Below, piece after piece: positions 12,915 to 26,547 of a DNA stretch of 64,000 bases. This DNA is from Octopus vulgaris (lineage: Eukaryota): NCBI GenBank assembly GCA_951406725.2, contig OX597815.1, positions 41,912,001 through 41,976,000 of the forward strand. The letters are read 5' to 3'. Both the position numbers and the translations under genes were made by a program. The notes beneath the pieces are model-generated. The model made no database searches. It had not been told where the DNA came from and saw only the letters and a program-made list of their open reading frames with translations. Position 1 is the stretch's first letter. Each line of letters opens with the position of its first letter.

Positions 12915-14264
12915 ATAATAATAATAATTGTGTACAGTGCTCATGTGCACTACAACTCATCTAAAGTGTATATATAATCAGGTGTAGTTTCGGCGGATTT
13001 CGGAAAGCATGAGGGCCTTAAAGGATGCAGTGTCATGGCAGTCAACAACTGACGCAGGCATTTTATTCCATGCTTCAGCAACTCTGAGCGTGAAAAAATG
13101 TTTCCGAAAGTCATGGGAGCTGTGTTGTTTTCTGACTTTGTAGGCATGTCCACGTGTGTTAGACACATGGAGATCAAAAAGGTGTTCAGTGTTGTTGTTG
13201 GTGAGGTGGTTGATAACCTTGTGGGTGTTTACCAAGTCCGTCGCCAGACGCCGGAGCTTCAGTGAATCCATGCCCAGGGAAACAAGGCGCTCAGAATATG
13301 GTAGGTGTCTGATGGAGGGTATGCGTTTGGTTGCACGTCTCTGGACAGATTCCAGGAGGTCAATGTTCTGAGCAAGATAGGGGTTCCAAACTGATGATGC
13401 GAATTCCAAGTGTGGTCGTACCATAGCTGTATACAGTTTTAAATAGATGGCTGGAGAGCGGCTAACAAAAGTCTTGCTGAGTGATGCCAAGACACCCTCG
13501 GCCTTCTTGACAATTTTAGAGATATGCTTTGTCCAACACAAATCACTGCTGACAGTGATGCCTAGGTCACGCTCACAAGAGGATTTCTTGATATCAGTGT
13601 TGTGGAGGGAGTATGTGGACGCAGGGTTTTTTCTCCCAAAATGCATGGTGGTACACTTGTCCACAGCCAGTTTCAGTTGCCAGTCTGTGATCCATTGCTG
13701 CATTGTGTCTAGGTCTGATTGCAGGAAAGAGTTGTAGACATCAGGATCTGTCCTCTTGATTTCAAGGTACAGCTTGATGTCGTCTGCATATTTCAATACT
13801 GTGGCATTCTTTAAATTGGCATCTATGTCATTAATGTATGCCACAAACAAGAGGGGACCAAGGACAGATCCCTGTGGTACACCCGATGACATCTCATATG
13901 GTGTAGAGTGCTGTCCTAGAACTGTGACTACCTCCTTTTGGCTGAGGATGAAGGATTTCAACCAGTTAAAAAGGTCATCCCCCACACCCATTGCAGAGAG
14001 TTTCACCATAAGCCTTTTGTGTGGCACAGAGTTGAAAGCCTTAGCAAAGTCAAGGTAGACAACATCCACCCATGAGCTACTGTCAGTGATCTGAGTAATG
14101 TCCTCAAGGAACTCGACAAGCTGGTCACTGCAGCTGGAGTTAGGGACAAATCCATATTGTGAGGGTCGGATGAGACTGTGAGAGCTCCAGAAGTTCCAGA
14201 GTGTTTCTCTGACACACGATTCCATCAGTTTTGCAATACAGCTAGTGAGACTGACTGGGCGATG
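12915..14264 (-). mobile_element. 5'-truncated CR1/L2-group LINE with uninterrupted RT ORF (12978-14225, 415 aa) and (ATT)n tail
   Basis: RPVSLTS, QYGF, YLDFAKAFNSVPH, GVPQGSVLGPLLF, YADD, ERDLGI, RPHLEF, ESVQRRATK, FF.LRV..WN; no stops or frameshifts; endonuclease missing. Confidence 0.95.
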
Positions 14265-14482
14265 TAGTACTCAGGAAGATTCAGCATGACACAGAATGTA
14301 ACAAGGCTGGCCCTTTGAATTACAAGTACAACTCATTTTTTGCCAGCTAAGTGGAGTGGAATAATGAGAAATAAAATGTCTTACTTAAGGATGCAATGTA
14401 TCTCTAGGAATCGAACTCACAATCATATGATCATAAGCCAAGACATGCACCTTCAGAAGCAGACGAATAAGAAGTTGGGTAT

Positions 14483-14740
14483 TCATCATCATCATCATTG
14501 TTTAATGTCCGCTTTCCATGCTAGCATGGGTTGGACGATTTGACTGAGGACTGGTGAACCAGATGGCTGCACCAGGCTCCAATCTTGATCTGGCAGAGTT
14601 TCTACAGCTGGATGCCCTTCCTAACGCCAACCACTCCGAGAGTGTAGTGGGTGCTTTTTACGTGCCACCAGCATGGGGGCCAGTCAGGCGGTACTGGCAA
14701 TGACCTTGCTCGAATCTTTTTACACATGCCACCAGCACAG
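14483..14740 (-). mobile_element. SINE family C ((GAT)n tail, GGAAGGGCATCCAGCTGTAGAAAC core, internal 60-70 bp repeats). Other copies about 8410-8620, 16610-16910(+), 20628-20870, 28300-28850, 39497-40000, 40200-40560(+), 41340-41630, 43755-44200(+)
   Basis: Recurrent CATCATCAT-TTAA.GTCCGCTTTCCATGCTAGCATGGGTTGGAC end; many copies in the window. Confidence 0.88.
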
Positions 14741-15379
14741 GTTAAAAAGATTACATCTTTGAGAACCAAAGGAAAAGGAAAGAAAGTTCTTTTCAGAAAG
14801 TGATGTAGTTGTTTTTGTAGCGATTGGAAGTCATTTGTTTCAGGGGGTTTTTTTGCAATCTTTTTCATCTGACCAGTTAAGCTGTGAGAATAATGACCAT
14901 GAGAGAGAGTGAACAAGAGAGAGAGATTAAGTGAGTGAAATGCAAGTATCTAAATGTCATCTACTAAATTTTTAGATAAAATTGGTAGAAATTCAGATAG
15001 TTGGTATCACAAGAATGTCATTACTGACAAGTGTAGTTGTGAAAACAAATAGCTGATAACTGAACAGTAACTCATGTGAAATCTTTGCTGCATTCGTTTT
15101 TCTGTTTTCCTTTCCCTCTTGTAATTTTGATGAAAAACCTTATACTAAATTTCACTGACACACAAACAACAACCTTGATTGGTCAGCTTAATGATGTCTT
15201 CTGGGATTTGAAAACCTTTAATGGTCAGCTTTATGTTTGACATTATCAGTCAATTTGATGAACAATTTAAAAACCTTTAGGCAGAGACCTGCTACATTGC
15301 TTCCTCTGCAGAGAGTTGGTTATGTAACAAAGAGTGAAACCAGGATATACATAAATATGCTCTACTTAATGTATGTAAT

Positions 15380-16565
15380 ATACAGCAACTTCAGGGGAAG
15401 TATTTAGCCAAAAATAAACCTCCTGTCTTGGCTTTTGTTGACATGGAGAAAGTCTTGGACAGGGTTACCCGCTCCTGTATCTGGTGGTCAATGCTGAAGC
15501 TAGGGATAGATGAGTGATTAATGAGAGCTGTACAAGCCATGCACAGGGATGCTGCCTGTAAGGTGAATGTTGGTAATGAGTATAGAAATGAATTCAGTGT
15601 ACAGGTATTTCACCAAAATTCAGTTCCCAGCCCCCTCTTGTTTATCTTAGTCTTCCAAGCCTCAACAGATGAATTCAAGACCAGCTGTTCCTGGGAGCTC
15701 CTCTACACTGATGACCTTGTTCTTATAGCTGAATCACTACCTGACCTAGAGAAAAAAAATTCTGGTATGGAAGCATGGCTTAGAATCTAAGGGCCTTAGA
15801 GTTGATTTAGCAAAAACCAAAGTAAGCAGGAAAACAGACAAATTACAAGTCCCTTCTGGGAGATGGCCCAGCTCTGTATGTAAGAAAGGTGTTTGTAGAA
15901 ACTTCATATGTTGTACCCAGTGCACAGGAAAGTTAACAGAGAATATAGTCTTTGTATGTGGTAAATGCACAGATACAATAAATACTAAAAATATGCAAAT
16001 GCTCGGGGATCATTAGAAGAAGTAGATAACTTCTGTTACCCAGGAGATCAAGTTAGCAGTTGTGGGAGAAGTCCTGAAAGTGTAGTTGCTAGAATAAAAA
16101 TGTTCAGAGAGCTTCGCCTTTGTTGGTAACTAACAGCTTCTCCCTCAGTGAAAGGCAGATTGTATGATGCTTGTGTACATACAGCCATGTTACATGGGCT
16201 TTGACTACAGAGAGATTGCAAAAGCTTGAAAGAAATGAAGCTAGCATGCTCTGCTGGATGGGTAATGCCAGTGTGCACACACAACAGAATATAAATGATT
16301 TAAGAGGAAAACTGGGTATAAGAGGCATCTTATGTTGTGTGCAAGAGAGAAGACTGTGCTGGTTTGGTCATGTGATGCACATAGATGAGAACAAATGTGT
16401 AAAGAAGTGCCAAGCTCTTATTGTTTGTAGAGTATACCTGTGGATGGGGTAGACCCAAGAAGACATAGGACGAAGTGAGAAAGGATCTTCAGATGCTGGG
16501 CCTCACTGAGGAAATGACAAGGGACTGGGAGATGTGATTTACTGTACTTGACAAGACACGTCAAT
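15380..16565 (+). mobile_element. Decayed RTE-group LINE, RT through 3' end
   Basis: LAFVDMEK, HQNSVPSPLLFILV, ELLYTDDLVLIAES, LERNEASMLCWM, RRLCWFGHVM; several stops and frameshifts. Confidence 0.9.
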
Positions 16566-17449
16566 CTAAGAAAAAACACTGTCTTCCACACATACAGGCT
16601 TGTTCTTTCAGGTGCTGGTGCCACGTGAAAAACACTTGTGCAGGTGCTGCATAAACATACCTATGCTGGTGTTGCACAGACGTACCTGTGCCAGAGCTGT
16701 GTAAACACACCCATGCTAGTGGCACATAAAATGCACCCAGCACACTCTGTTAAGCGGTTGGCATTGGAAGGACATCCAATCATAGAAACCATGCAACAAC
16801 AGACATTTGGAATCTGCACAGCTCCCAGCTGGCCAGTTCCATGTCAAACCATCCAACCCATGCCAGCATGGAAAATGGACGTTAAATGAGGATGATGATG
16901 ATGATGATGACAATACATACATACATACATACACAGACACACACACATATATATAAGGTCCACATAAGTGTGTATGCAAATGTGTATTTAATAGCTGTTG
17001 GTTCATTATTGTGTATGACTACCATATACACTAAAACAACAGATATAGTAGCACCTTCTGTAACGATAAAATCATACAACTTTATGGCAAGACCAAGATT
17101 CCACCTCCTAAATATTGACAACTCATCAATGAAGAACTCAGCCTCATGGGTGACTGAAGAATCATAACTGCACCCATTTATACTATACTTTCTGCACCCT
17201 CATAAACAGGGAAGCTACAAAATTGACAGTGTTTTCATTGCTGCAGGTGCACATGCTAGCCTGATTGCAATTAAAGGTTCAACATCTGTTTATGGTTCCA
17301 AGAAACCTAAGATTTCACTTGCACTGGTAGTGAGAAGAATGAATGAATTTTATACCAGGTAATGCCTGTTCACACAAGTGCCACTCATTAAATGTTTGAG
17401 CTGTTAGACTGACAACAGACAAAAACAGGCAAAGGCCACACACACACAC

Positions 17450-17494
<45 letters not shown>

Positions 17495-17979
17495 TGTATA
17501 TTAAGGCTACCATTGGTTTCATGTTAAGAAAATATCTTAACAATTTTTCAAGCTAATCACATAGAGAAATTGGTAGTCATCTCCATTTTGGATTATGTAT
17601 AGGGGTCACAAATAACCATAGGATTGCACTTAGAAAATTCCCCTCTGAGGCACAAGTCCAGGCAAGTTTGTTTATGGAAGACCAGTAGTCACCCATGTAT
17701 ACCACCCTCCCCTTTCCACACCACCGATGTTATCCAAGGAAAAGGTAAAGGCAATACAGCTTTGCACCAGTGACATTGCAACTCATTTCAATAGTTGAGT
17801 GAACTGAAGCAACGTGAAATAAAGTGTCTTGCTCAACACACAGCCCTGTCCAGGAATCAAACTCACTACTTCATGATTGTGAGCCTGATGCTCTAACCAA
17901 TGAGCCATGCTGCACAGGAGCCATCCGAACTCCTGTTTGCGCCGTGAACAGGGATTAATCTTCTCTCTTTGCTCCTTTG

Positions 17980-18290
17980 CACCACATGGGCTCAACTCTC
18001 CTCTCTCCCCTTACACCTACTTCCTCCCATCCACCTCTTCTCTCTTGCTCCGATTCTTACTTCTCCTCACTCCTACTCTCCTTCCCTATTCTCTTCACTC
18101 CTACCCACCTTCTCCCTTCCCCCTTCATCGTCACCCCTCCCTACACAATCCAACTCCACCTTCACTATCCATCCCATCCCATCCCCCCATCCCTTACACA
18201 CACTCCTACATACTCCACCTCTATCCCCACTTTCGCCTCCCTCACCTCCCAACACCATCACACCACACCACACACCACTACACCATACTG
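17980..18290 (+). repeat. C/T-rich low-complexity tract
   Basis: Almost G-free on the + strand; produces Pro/Ser/His-rich pseudo-ORFs. Confidence 0.85.
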
Positions 18291-19420
18291 TGGTTCTTAA
18301 ACATATATATATATATCTTCTGGCTTCACAGACCCCAGTAGAACCGTCCAACCCATGCTAGCATGGAAAACGGACGCTAAACGATGATGATGATGATGAT
18401 GATATACATAAAAACACAGAAGGTAAAAACATATATGCGTATAAAATACAAATCGAACTTTAACCTACCATGGTTTTTAAAGATTGAACTTTGGTCGTAC
18501 TTTGTGTGAGGGGAGTAAAAAAAAGTTTTAAATACTTTTGTCTGATAAAACATTTTTAGTAATTTGATATTTTATTTTCTCTTAGTTTATTAGTTTTTTG
18601 GTAGTATGGCACACCTTAGAATTTTTATGAATTTTTAGTGGTTTATATTTATCTTTTGATAGGCCGTTCTATATATTTGTATTTTATTCGCATATATTTT
18701 TATCTTCTGTGTTTTTATGTATATGTATATTTTTTTTTTATATGTTTAAGAACCATGGTGATATTTATATATGATTAAATGTTTGAGGTATAGTGTTATA
18801 AATAAAGACGTTGACTCAAATTTAATGTTTGTTCTATGATCAATGTTTCTTTATCTTTGTCTCATTTACATTTGAGCACTTTTGTTTTGCAGTCCTATAA
18901 ACCCATTTGTTTTCATAAAAAGAGACAAATATTATTTGTCGTATATATATATAATAATAATAAATGCACCCTTTTAAAGCCTAGCCAGGCTCATGGGCCA
19001 AGTTTCCCAGTTTCAATTGCGTAGGTGTTCCCCAGCTAGACGGGACGCCAGTCCATCGCAGCGTTACTCATTTTTGCCAGCTGAGTGGACTGGAGCAAAG
19101 TGAAATGAAGTGCTTTGCTCAAGAATACGTGTCGCCCGGTCCAGGAATTGAAACCACAATCTTACGATCATGATGCTGACACACTCACCTGATAAGTGAC
19201 TATATTTATATGCAAGTGATTTCTCTACTACTATAATCATTTCTTAAATATAGCAGCGAAACACATGTCATTTTTCTACTTATTATATACATTATATTAT
19301 TCTTGTAATTTACTTAATCTTTACTTTTTAATTGTTATTTTAATTTTAACTTTTCTATTATATGTAATTTTCTAGATGGTATAATTTAATTATTCATTTT
19401 GAATTGATAAAAGGTGGTTT

Positions 19421-19468
<48 letters not shown>

Positions 19469-20869
19469 TATACATGATGGCTGCTATTCATTTTCAAGCT
19501 ATGCTATCACTTGATTGTTCTCTTAAAGCAGCACAGATGTGGCCTTTGAGTCCTGCTAGAGACCTACACTCTTTTGCACAGAGGTGTTCAGAATGTGCAC
19601 CACATATGCTGACACATGCTTCATTCTATCATGATATTTTCCATTGAATGTTTTTCCTTTTTTTTTTTTTTTTTGTTGCAGCCAACCATAGTATGCAACA
19701 CATAATACAGATATTAATAGAAATGCTAAAAATCAAGCAATGTCTGACATGAAGCTTTTTGAAGTGTGAAGCGAGAAAAGTCTTGCACAGGATCGATCTC
19801 ATTCTCTAAACAACGTATGTATTTGCCCAAAAAGAACTAATCTACATCATTGGATGCAAATGATGCCAGGTTTTACATTAATGTTTTCCTTCTAGAGAGA
19901 TGTCTAAGAAAAGATCAGGGATTTCTCTCTTCCAGCCATTGGACGGCCGTTGACTCTACTGAGTTTACCTGTCCTCTGACGTTTTGTTTTTTGTCCTGCC
20001 ACAAAATCCACCTACCTTACCAAGAAAACTTGATAGAATTGCTGGGTTTACTTGCTGACAGCCCAACCCACATGACAGGTGTGTACTGGGTTACATGTTA
20101 CCTGTAGCACTAAGTGTGACCTGGCATAACATACATACACACACAATTATATGTATACATTGTGAAATACAGCTTAAGTTTTATAATAAGCACACTTCCT
20201 GTTTAAATAAAAAATAATTGTAACCTTGATATCAAGTTGCCTGAATGGTGCACATACATAATGACTCTTTCATGTCTCAGCATTTACATATCATTAATCT
20301 ATAGTTATATTAAAGAAAAAATATTTACAAAATGCTGAATAGAGAAGTAGATTGAAGGATTGGCGAACTGAAAAATGACAGAGTTATCTAACAATTAATA
20401 CTGATATCAGTTTTGTTTATTTCTTTTTATCTTTCTCATATTTAAATAGACCGCTATAATTTATTCAAATATTTAAATGCATGGAGAGGTTTAGCTAAGT
20501 ATCTTAGATGAAGGAATAGTGTTGGTAATCTAACTGGTTTAGATATCACATATTTAAATCTGCTTTTTTAATTGATTTGAGGTGTGTGTGTGGAGAGGGT
20601 TCAGAGACCCTCTGTGTGTGTGTGTATATCATCATCATCATTGTTTAACATCTGCTTTCCATGCTAGCATGGGTTGGACGATGTTGACTGAGGGCTGGCA
20701 AACCAGATGGCTGAACCAGACTCCAATCTGATCTAGCAGAGTTTCTACAGCTGGATGCCCTTCCTAAAGCCAACCACTCCAAGAGTGTAGTGGGTGCACG
20801 AGGGCCAGTCAGGCGGTACTAGCAATGGCTACGCTCAAATGGTTCTTTTTATGCGCCACCTGCACAGGA

Positions 20870-20902
<33 letters not shown>

Positions 20903-20907
<5 letters not shown>

Positions 20908-21367
20908 GTGGTATCAAAAAGTTCCTGGACTAGTTCTGTAGTGCACCAACAGATGGCAGCACACAGTTGTGAGTGCAGTGAGAGCTAGTAGTGAACTTTG
21001 TGAGGCAGTGTGCTGAGTGACATTGTTGTATTGACTTTGCAAGTTGTGAAATTTGTATTTATGTGATCATGGGTATGCTGTAGTCTGATTTCGTCATAGA
21101 CAGGAACAAAGAACCAATGTGAAATTTTGTGTTAAACTTGGTAAATCTGCAGCAAAGATATTAAGAATGCTTCGGTAAGCTTATAGTGATGAGGCAATGG
21201 GTTGTATGCAATGTTTCGAGTGACATAGGCACTTCAGAAATTGAACATCCCTGGAAGACAATGTGTGATCTAGAAGACTACTAGCTCTCACTGTACTCAC
21301 AACCATATGCTGCCATCTGTTGGTGCACAACAGAACTAGTCCAGGAACTTTTTGATACCACCTCGTA
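20903..21367 (+). mobile_element. Mariner-derived non-autonomous element: N-terminal HTH fragment between inverted arms of about 90 bp
   Basis: EQRTNVKFCVKLGKSAAKILRMLR*AYSDEAM...CFE*H (about 21104-21270); arms begin TA-(C/T)GAGGTGGTATCAAAAAGTTCCTGGACT. Confidence 0.88.
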
Positions 21368-21829
21368 TATATATATATGTCTCCTGTGCAGGTGGCACAT
21401 AAAAAGCACCATTTGGGCGTCCAAAATGAGTGAGTGTGTGTATATCTGTATGTATGTGTGTTTATATGTAAGTGTGTGCATCCATGTGTGTATGTTTTTT
21501 AAATACTGACTTATGTTATTTTTCATATACATAAGATAGCAGTTTTGATTTTCTCTTAGTTTTCTTCGCAAACATACATGTCGATCCATACAACATTTCT
21601 CTCAAAGACAGTTAAATCATTTTCTTTGTTTGATAAATATTGAATAAATTGATATTTATCTGTGTGTGAGTATGAGCATGTGTATGTGTGCACGTGTGTC
21701 CATGTGTGTATGGGTGGGTATGTGTGTACAAGCGTGTATATCTGTGTTTGTGTGTCCGGCAATGTTTATTCAGATGCATTTTGTGATGTCGGGCATGAAA
21801 ATACCTTAAGCTAAGCCTGTAAGCAATGA

Positions 21830-22112
21830 AATCATAAAAGAATCATCCATAACTTGCAGTAAGCAACATTTATTAAACATTATTACTGTTATTTCTTTAT
21901 TTTCTGCAAACAAAATGCACAAAAAAGCTACACGTTTGCATTATGTTATATGTTTTTTACAAACCAAGGACGTTATACAGACCTCCTTGACTCAAGTTAG
22001 AGAAGGGGTGTGTATTATACACAAGGTTTAGGTTTTTCAGAGGTACAGCCTCCTAAAAATCCCCTGTGTATTATACTCAAGGGTGGACTATACTTGGGGA
22101 TTTATGGTAAGT
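21830..22112 (+). mobile_element. Possible pogo/Tigger-type DNA transposon end
   Basis: Ends in repeated GTATTATAC and TATACTTGGGGATTTATGGTA, like pogo-type termini; similar end at about 48420-48500. Confidence 0.45.
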
Positions 22113-25100
22113 GGTACTGGCATCAACCATGCTTGAATGGTGTTTTTTACAGTCAGGCAGCACTAGCAACAACGAAGCTTGAATGGTGCTTTTTATGTGC
22201 CACCATCACAGAAGCCAGTCAGGCGGTACTGGCAACAACCTATGCTTTTTATATGCCACCAGCATGGGAGTCAATCAGGCGGCACTGGCAACTACCTGAT
22301 GATGATGACCTCTACTAACATTGGTAAGTCATTTCAAGTTTATGAGACTTGACTTGCAAAACGACATAACATGAAAAAAGATTTTAAAAATTAGCTTATA
22401 TTTGTTTTAATAAATGGTCTCTCATTTATTTGATTTGATCTTCCTCTTCAGTATTGGCTTTTATGTGATTTAAAAAAAAAAAAAAATTATGCTTTTAAAT
22501 ATGTTGATAGAGGTTGAAGTTTATTTTTTACCTCATTAATTTCTTTTAAAAAAAAACCTACATAAAGTCAAAAAAGGCATAGCTTGAAACAACTCCCAAG
22601 TTCAGGTATACCTGTAATAATAACAAAACTGAAGATTCAATAAAAGCCTTCAAAAGCAGAGATTAAATAATCTACTTTAGTGAATAAAACTATGGAGTGG
22701 TATATTTATAATTTTATAAATATATGTTGCAGCTCTTGAGCATAAAATATATCATGCGTGACTATTCTTATCAAATAACTTAGCCATCCCTACAATATAA
22801 TAATTAGTTCAAACATTACTGCGAGAGCAATTGTATTGTACTCTTGGATAAGGCATAGATAGCACTGTAGTCTGCCTAGTTAGTAAACAAGTTCCACTCC
22901 TACTTCACAAGCGAGTTGTTTATGGTAGGAAGAAAATACAATTGTGAAAATACTTGCTTTGATACTATATAATTCAAATTTGAAAAAAAGTTCATACTAG
23001 GATTCAAAATGGAAACAGAAATGTGTGTACATTTGTGTATAATGAAAGTGGTTGCAAGTTCAAACTCACTGGATGAAAAATTGGGCATTTTTTATCACCA
23101 TAGCCTTGAATCAACCTGAGCCTTGTAAATGAAAATGGGTAAATAGAAATTGTGTGGAAGCCTGCTGTGTGGAATGTACTTGTAATTTCAAGGATGAAAA
23201 TTTGTTATACACTATGTCACTCTGATTCTGCATGAAAACTACCTTAACCCTTTTGTATTCAAACTGGCTATATCCAGCCAAAATATTCTACCTGTTTTAA
23301 GTTCAAACTAGCTAGATCAAGCCTCTCACACATACCCATCAATGTCATTCTAAACATAAACAATCACATTATCAAAATCTCAAGGCTGCAAGATAATGAA
23401 TGATTAATTCAAAACAATGTTAATAAATAAGCTTTATATTTGACAGAGTAATTTGAAAGCTAAAAGGTTAAGAGTACATGTCTTAGGAATACTCAGTCAT
23501 TTACTAATCATTGAAGAAGCTGATGGAGAGATAGAAACTTACTTGATGAATGATAAAAATGAACTGTGAGTAAATTAATGTAACCTTTTAACATTCAAAT
23601 TTCTCTGTCAAATGTAATATCTGTTTATTCACATTGCTAAAACTTAGCCAACCATGCATTACCTTGTAGCTTTGAGATGATTGTTTGTTTTTAGAATAAT
23701 ATTGTGGGGTAAGTGTGAGAAGCCAGATCTAGCTAGTTTGAAGATAAAACGGGTAGATTATTTTGGCTGGATAAACTATAAGTTAAACTATAGAGAATAA
23801 AAATAAACTGGAATAATCTGAAAAGAGCAGATTGCAGAAAATAATACAGTACCATACTTGAAAACTAGTACTTAAAAATTTTATTTGCTTGGTTATTTAC
23901 TAACCAAATATTTGTTGTACATTATCTTAATGCCAAGGAGGAGGAGATTTATACTGGTTTAACTCCTCTAAAGTCAATAGCTGCAATGCTCTATTGATTA
24001 CAACCTATTTGTATTACATCACAGACCTAACAAAGGCAGAAATCAGCGAGTTGAAAGTCCTAGCCGCTTCATAGTCTAATGATCAATAAAAATACAAAAT
24101 AAACTACTTTCAGGTAAACTTTCATATAATGTACCATTTACTAAAAGTTTTAAATTGCTCTGTGATGCAGCAATTTTCTTTCAATGCCTGCATCAAGATA
24201 GATGAGCTGGGTGCTGTTTTTATAAAATGGTGACAACCAAGACAAAAATGTATTAAGAGAAACATTGAGTGAACTCATGAGTGAAAAAGTATTACACTAA
24301 TATTGTTTGTCTTAGTTTTCATCTTGTTTTGTTTTAGAAACACCTGGCTTTTATTTCATGCTTAATGAAATGTTACCTGTTTAAATGAAATATGAGAATT
24401 GCTAGTTAGACTAAAATAACTATATCTCATCTACAGCAACCACAAAGCAAACTCGTGAGGAAATTTCTATGTGGTTAACTGACCTTCTACTCTTTTACTT
24501 GTTTCAGTCATTTGACTGCGGCCATGCTGGAGCACTGCCTTTAGTCGAGCGAATTGACCCCAGGACTTATTCTTTGTAAGCCTAGTACTTATTCTATCAG
24601 ACTATTTTGCCGAACCGCTAAGTTACGAGGACGTAAACACACCAGCATCGGTTGTCAAGCGATGTTGTGCGACAAACACAGACATACAAATGCACACACA
24701 CACACATATATATATATAAATATACATATATACGACAGGCTTCTTTCAGTTTCCATCTACCAAATCCACTCACAAGGCTTTGGTCAGCCCAAGGCTATAG
24801 TAGAAGACACTTGCCCAAGGTGCCATGCAGTTGGACTGAACCCGGAACCATGTGGTTGGTAAGCAAGCTACTTACCACACAGCAACTCCTGTTAGAAATA
24901 ATTGCTAAATTTCCTATAAATTTCATTCTATTATCTTAAAAATGGAAGGACACAATAGATAAAATTTATCCTCACATAAACGTGGATGTTCTGTTAGAAC
25001 AAACTATACTGCAATAGTTGCCATGAGAGAAACCCTCACATTGGCTTTTGGCACAGAATGCTCGTTTATATCATTGGTGGGGAAATAAATCCCTGCCACC

Positions 25101-26547
25101 TCCAGCACCGAGACCACCAGATCACATGATTTTGACCTTCCGTGGTCTTGTCAATGATGGACACACAACCGCTAGAGAAAGCAGCAACTTATCTTCCCAC
25201 TAGTAATATATAGAAAAACAGTGCCAGAACAGGGGCTGGTGGTGTGATTAGCCAGTGAGCTTCTTACAAAATATATATTCGCGACAGAGGCAGTATTGAT
25301 GCAGAGAGGTAATATTTATTCCCACTTAAATATTACCTCTCAGTATTAATTTTGCTTCTGTTGCTAATATATATTTTTTAACAATAGATAAAGTAGTTCT
25401 AAATACACTTTACCTGGGGTGGAGTTGGGAAATCAAACACAAAAACACAGTGAGGTGGTTGTAACTGAATACTTTTCATCTAATATTTGCTTCATAAGAA
25501 CTAACTTAAACAACAACATAATACAAGCTTTGTGGTTTTTAGTGCAGCACCGCAACATTCAGATCCATACCTATAACACTACAACTACTGTATTCAATAA
25601 AAAAAAAATAGCTGATATCTCTTCACTGTTTACTAATGTTTGAGTTTATAATATCTATTGAACTTTCAGAGTGATCACATGTCTGTAAAATAGTCAATAC
25701 CATCTCCCAAGGACTAGATACTCCCTTCAAAGTCCTAAGCGCTGAACAGTGGTTAGAGTGTTGGGCTCACAATCATGAGGTAGTGAGTTCAATTCCTGGA
25801 CCAGGCTGTGTGTTGTGTTCATGAGCAACGCTTTATTTCACATTGCTCCAGTTCACTCAGCTGTAGAAATGAGTTGCAATGTCACTGGTGCCAAGCTGTA
25901 TTGACCTTTTTCTTTCCCTTGAATAACACTGGTGGCATAGAGAGGGGAGGTTGGTATGCATGGGTGACTTTGGTCTTCCATAAACAACCTTGCTCAGACT
26001 TGTGCCTCAGAGGATAACTTTCTAGGTGCAATCCCATGGTCATTCATGACCAAAGGGAGTCCTTCTATATATTACGCAAATGTTGATCAACTGAAACCTC
26101 ATATTATCAATTGATCTTGTGACAAGATTTTGATTGAGATTATAATTGAAGAATGAGCACTTTAATATGGACGGCTGTGGTTTAGAATTAAAATGGTTAA
26201 ACAATGATTTACAGAAGTTTGATCAGAATAATCACAGAAGTCTAAGAGAGCCGGACAACTCGGTAATAAAGGAAATATATACTTGCTGAGCTTTATATAG
26301 TGAGAGTTTATATTTTCTGTAGTTTTTTTTTATTGATATTGTAGTTAGCAAATAATAAGCATTTAGGAAGGGCATTCAACTGTAGAAACCATGCCAAAGA
26401 AGACAGTGGAACTTGGTGCAGTCTTCTGGTTTGCCAGCTCTTGTTAAACCGTCCAACCCATGCCAGCATGGAAAATGAGTGTTAAATGAGGGTGATGATG
26501 TTGGTTGTGAGTTTGCAATGGGTTAATCACAGGTTCACAACCTTTCT

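Noticed and set aside
16960-17340. Unique-looking stretch with ORFs on both strands
   Set aside because: No recognisable domain, and the ORFs start or end in microsatellite.
17907-18361. Pro/Ser/His-rich ORFs of 107-144 aa
   Set aside because: Low-complexity C/T tract open in several frames; no splice or motif support.
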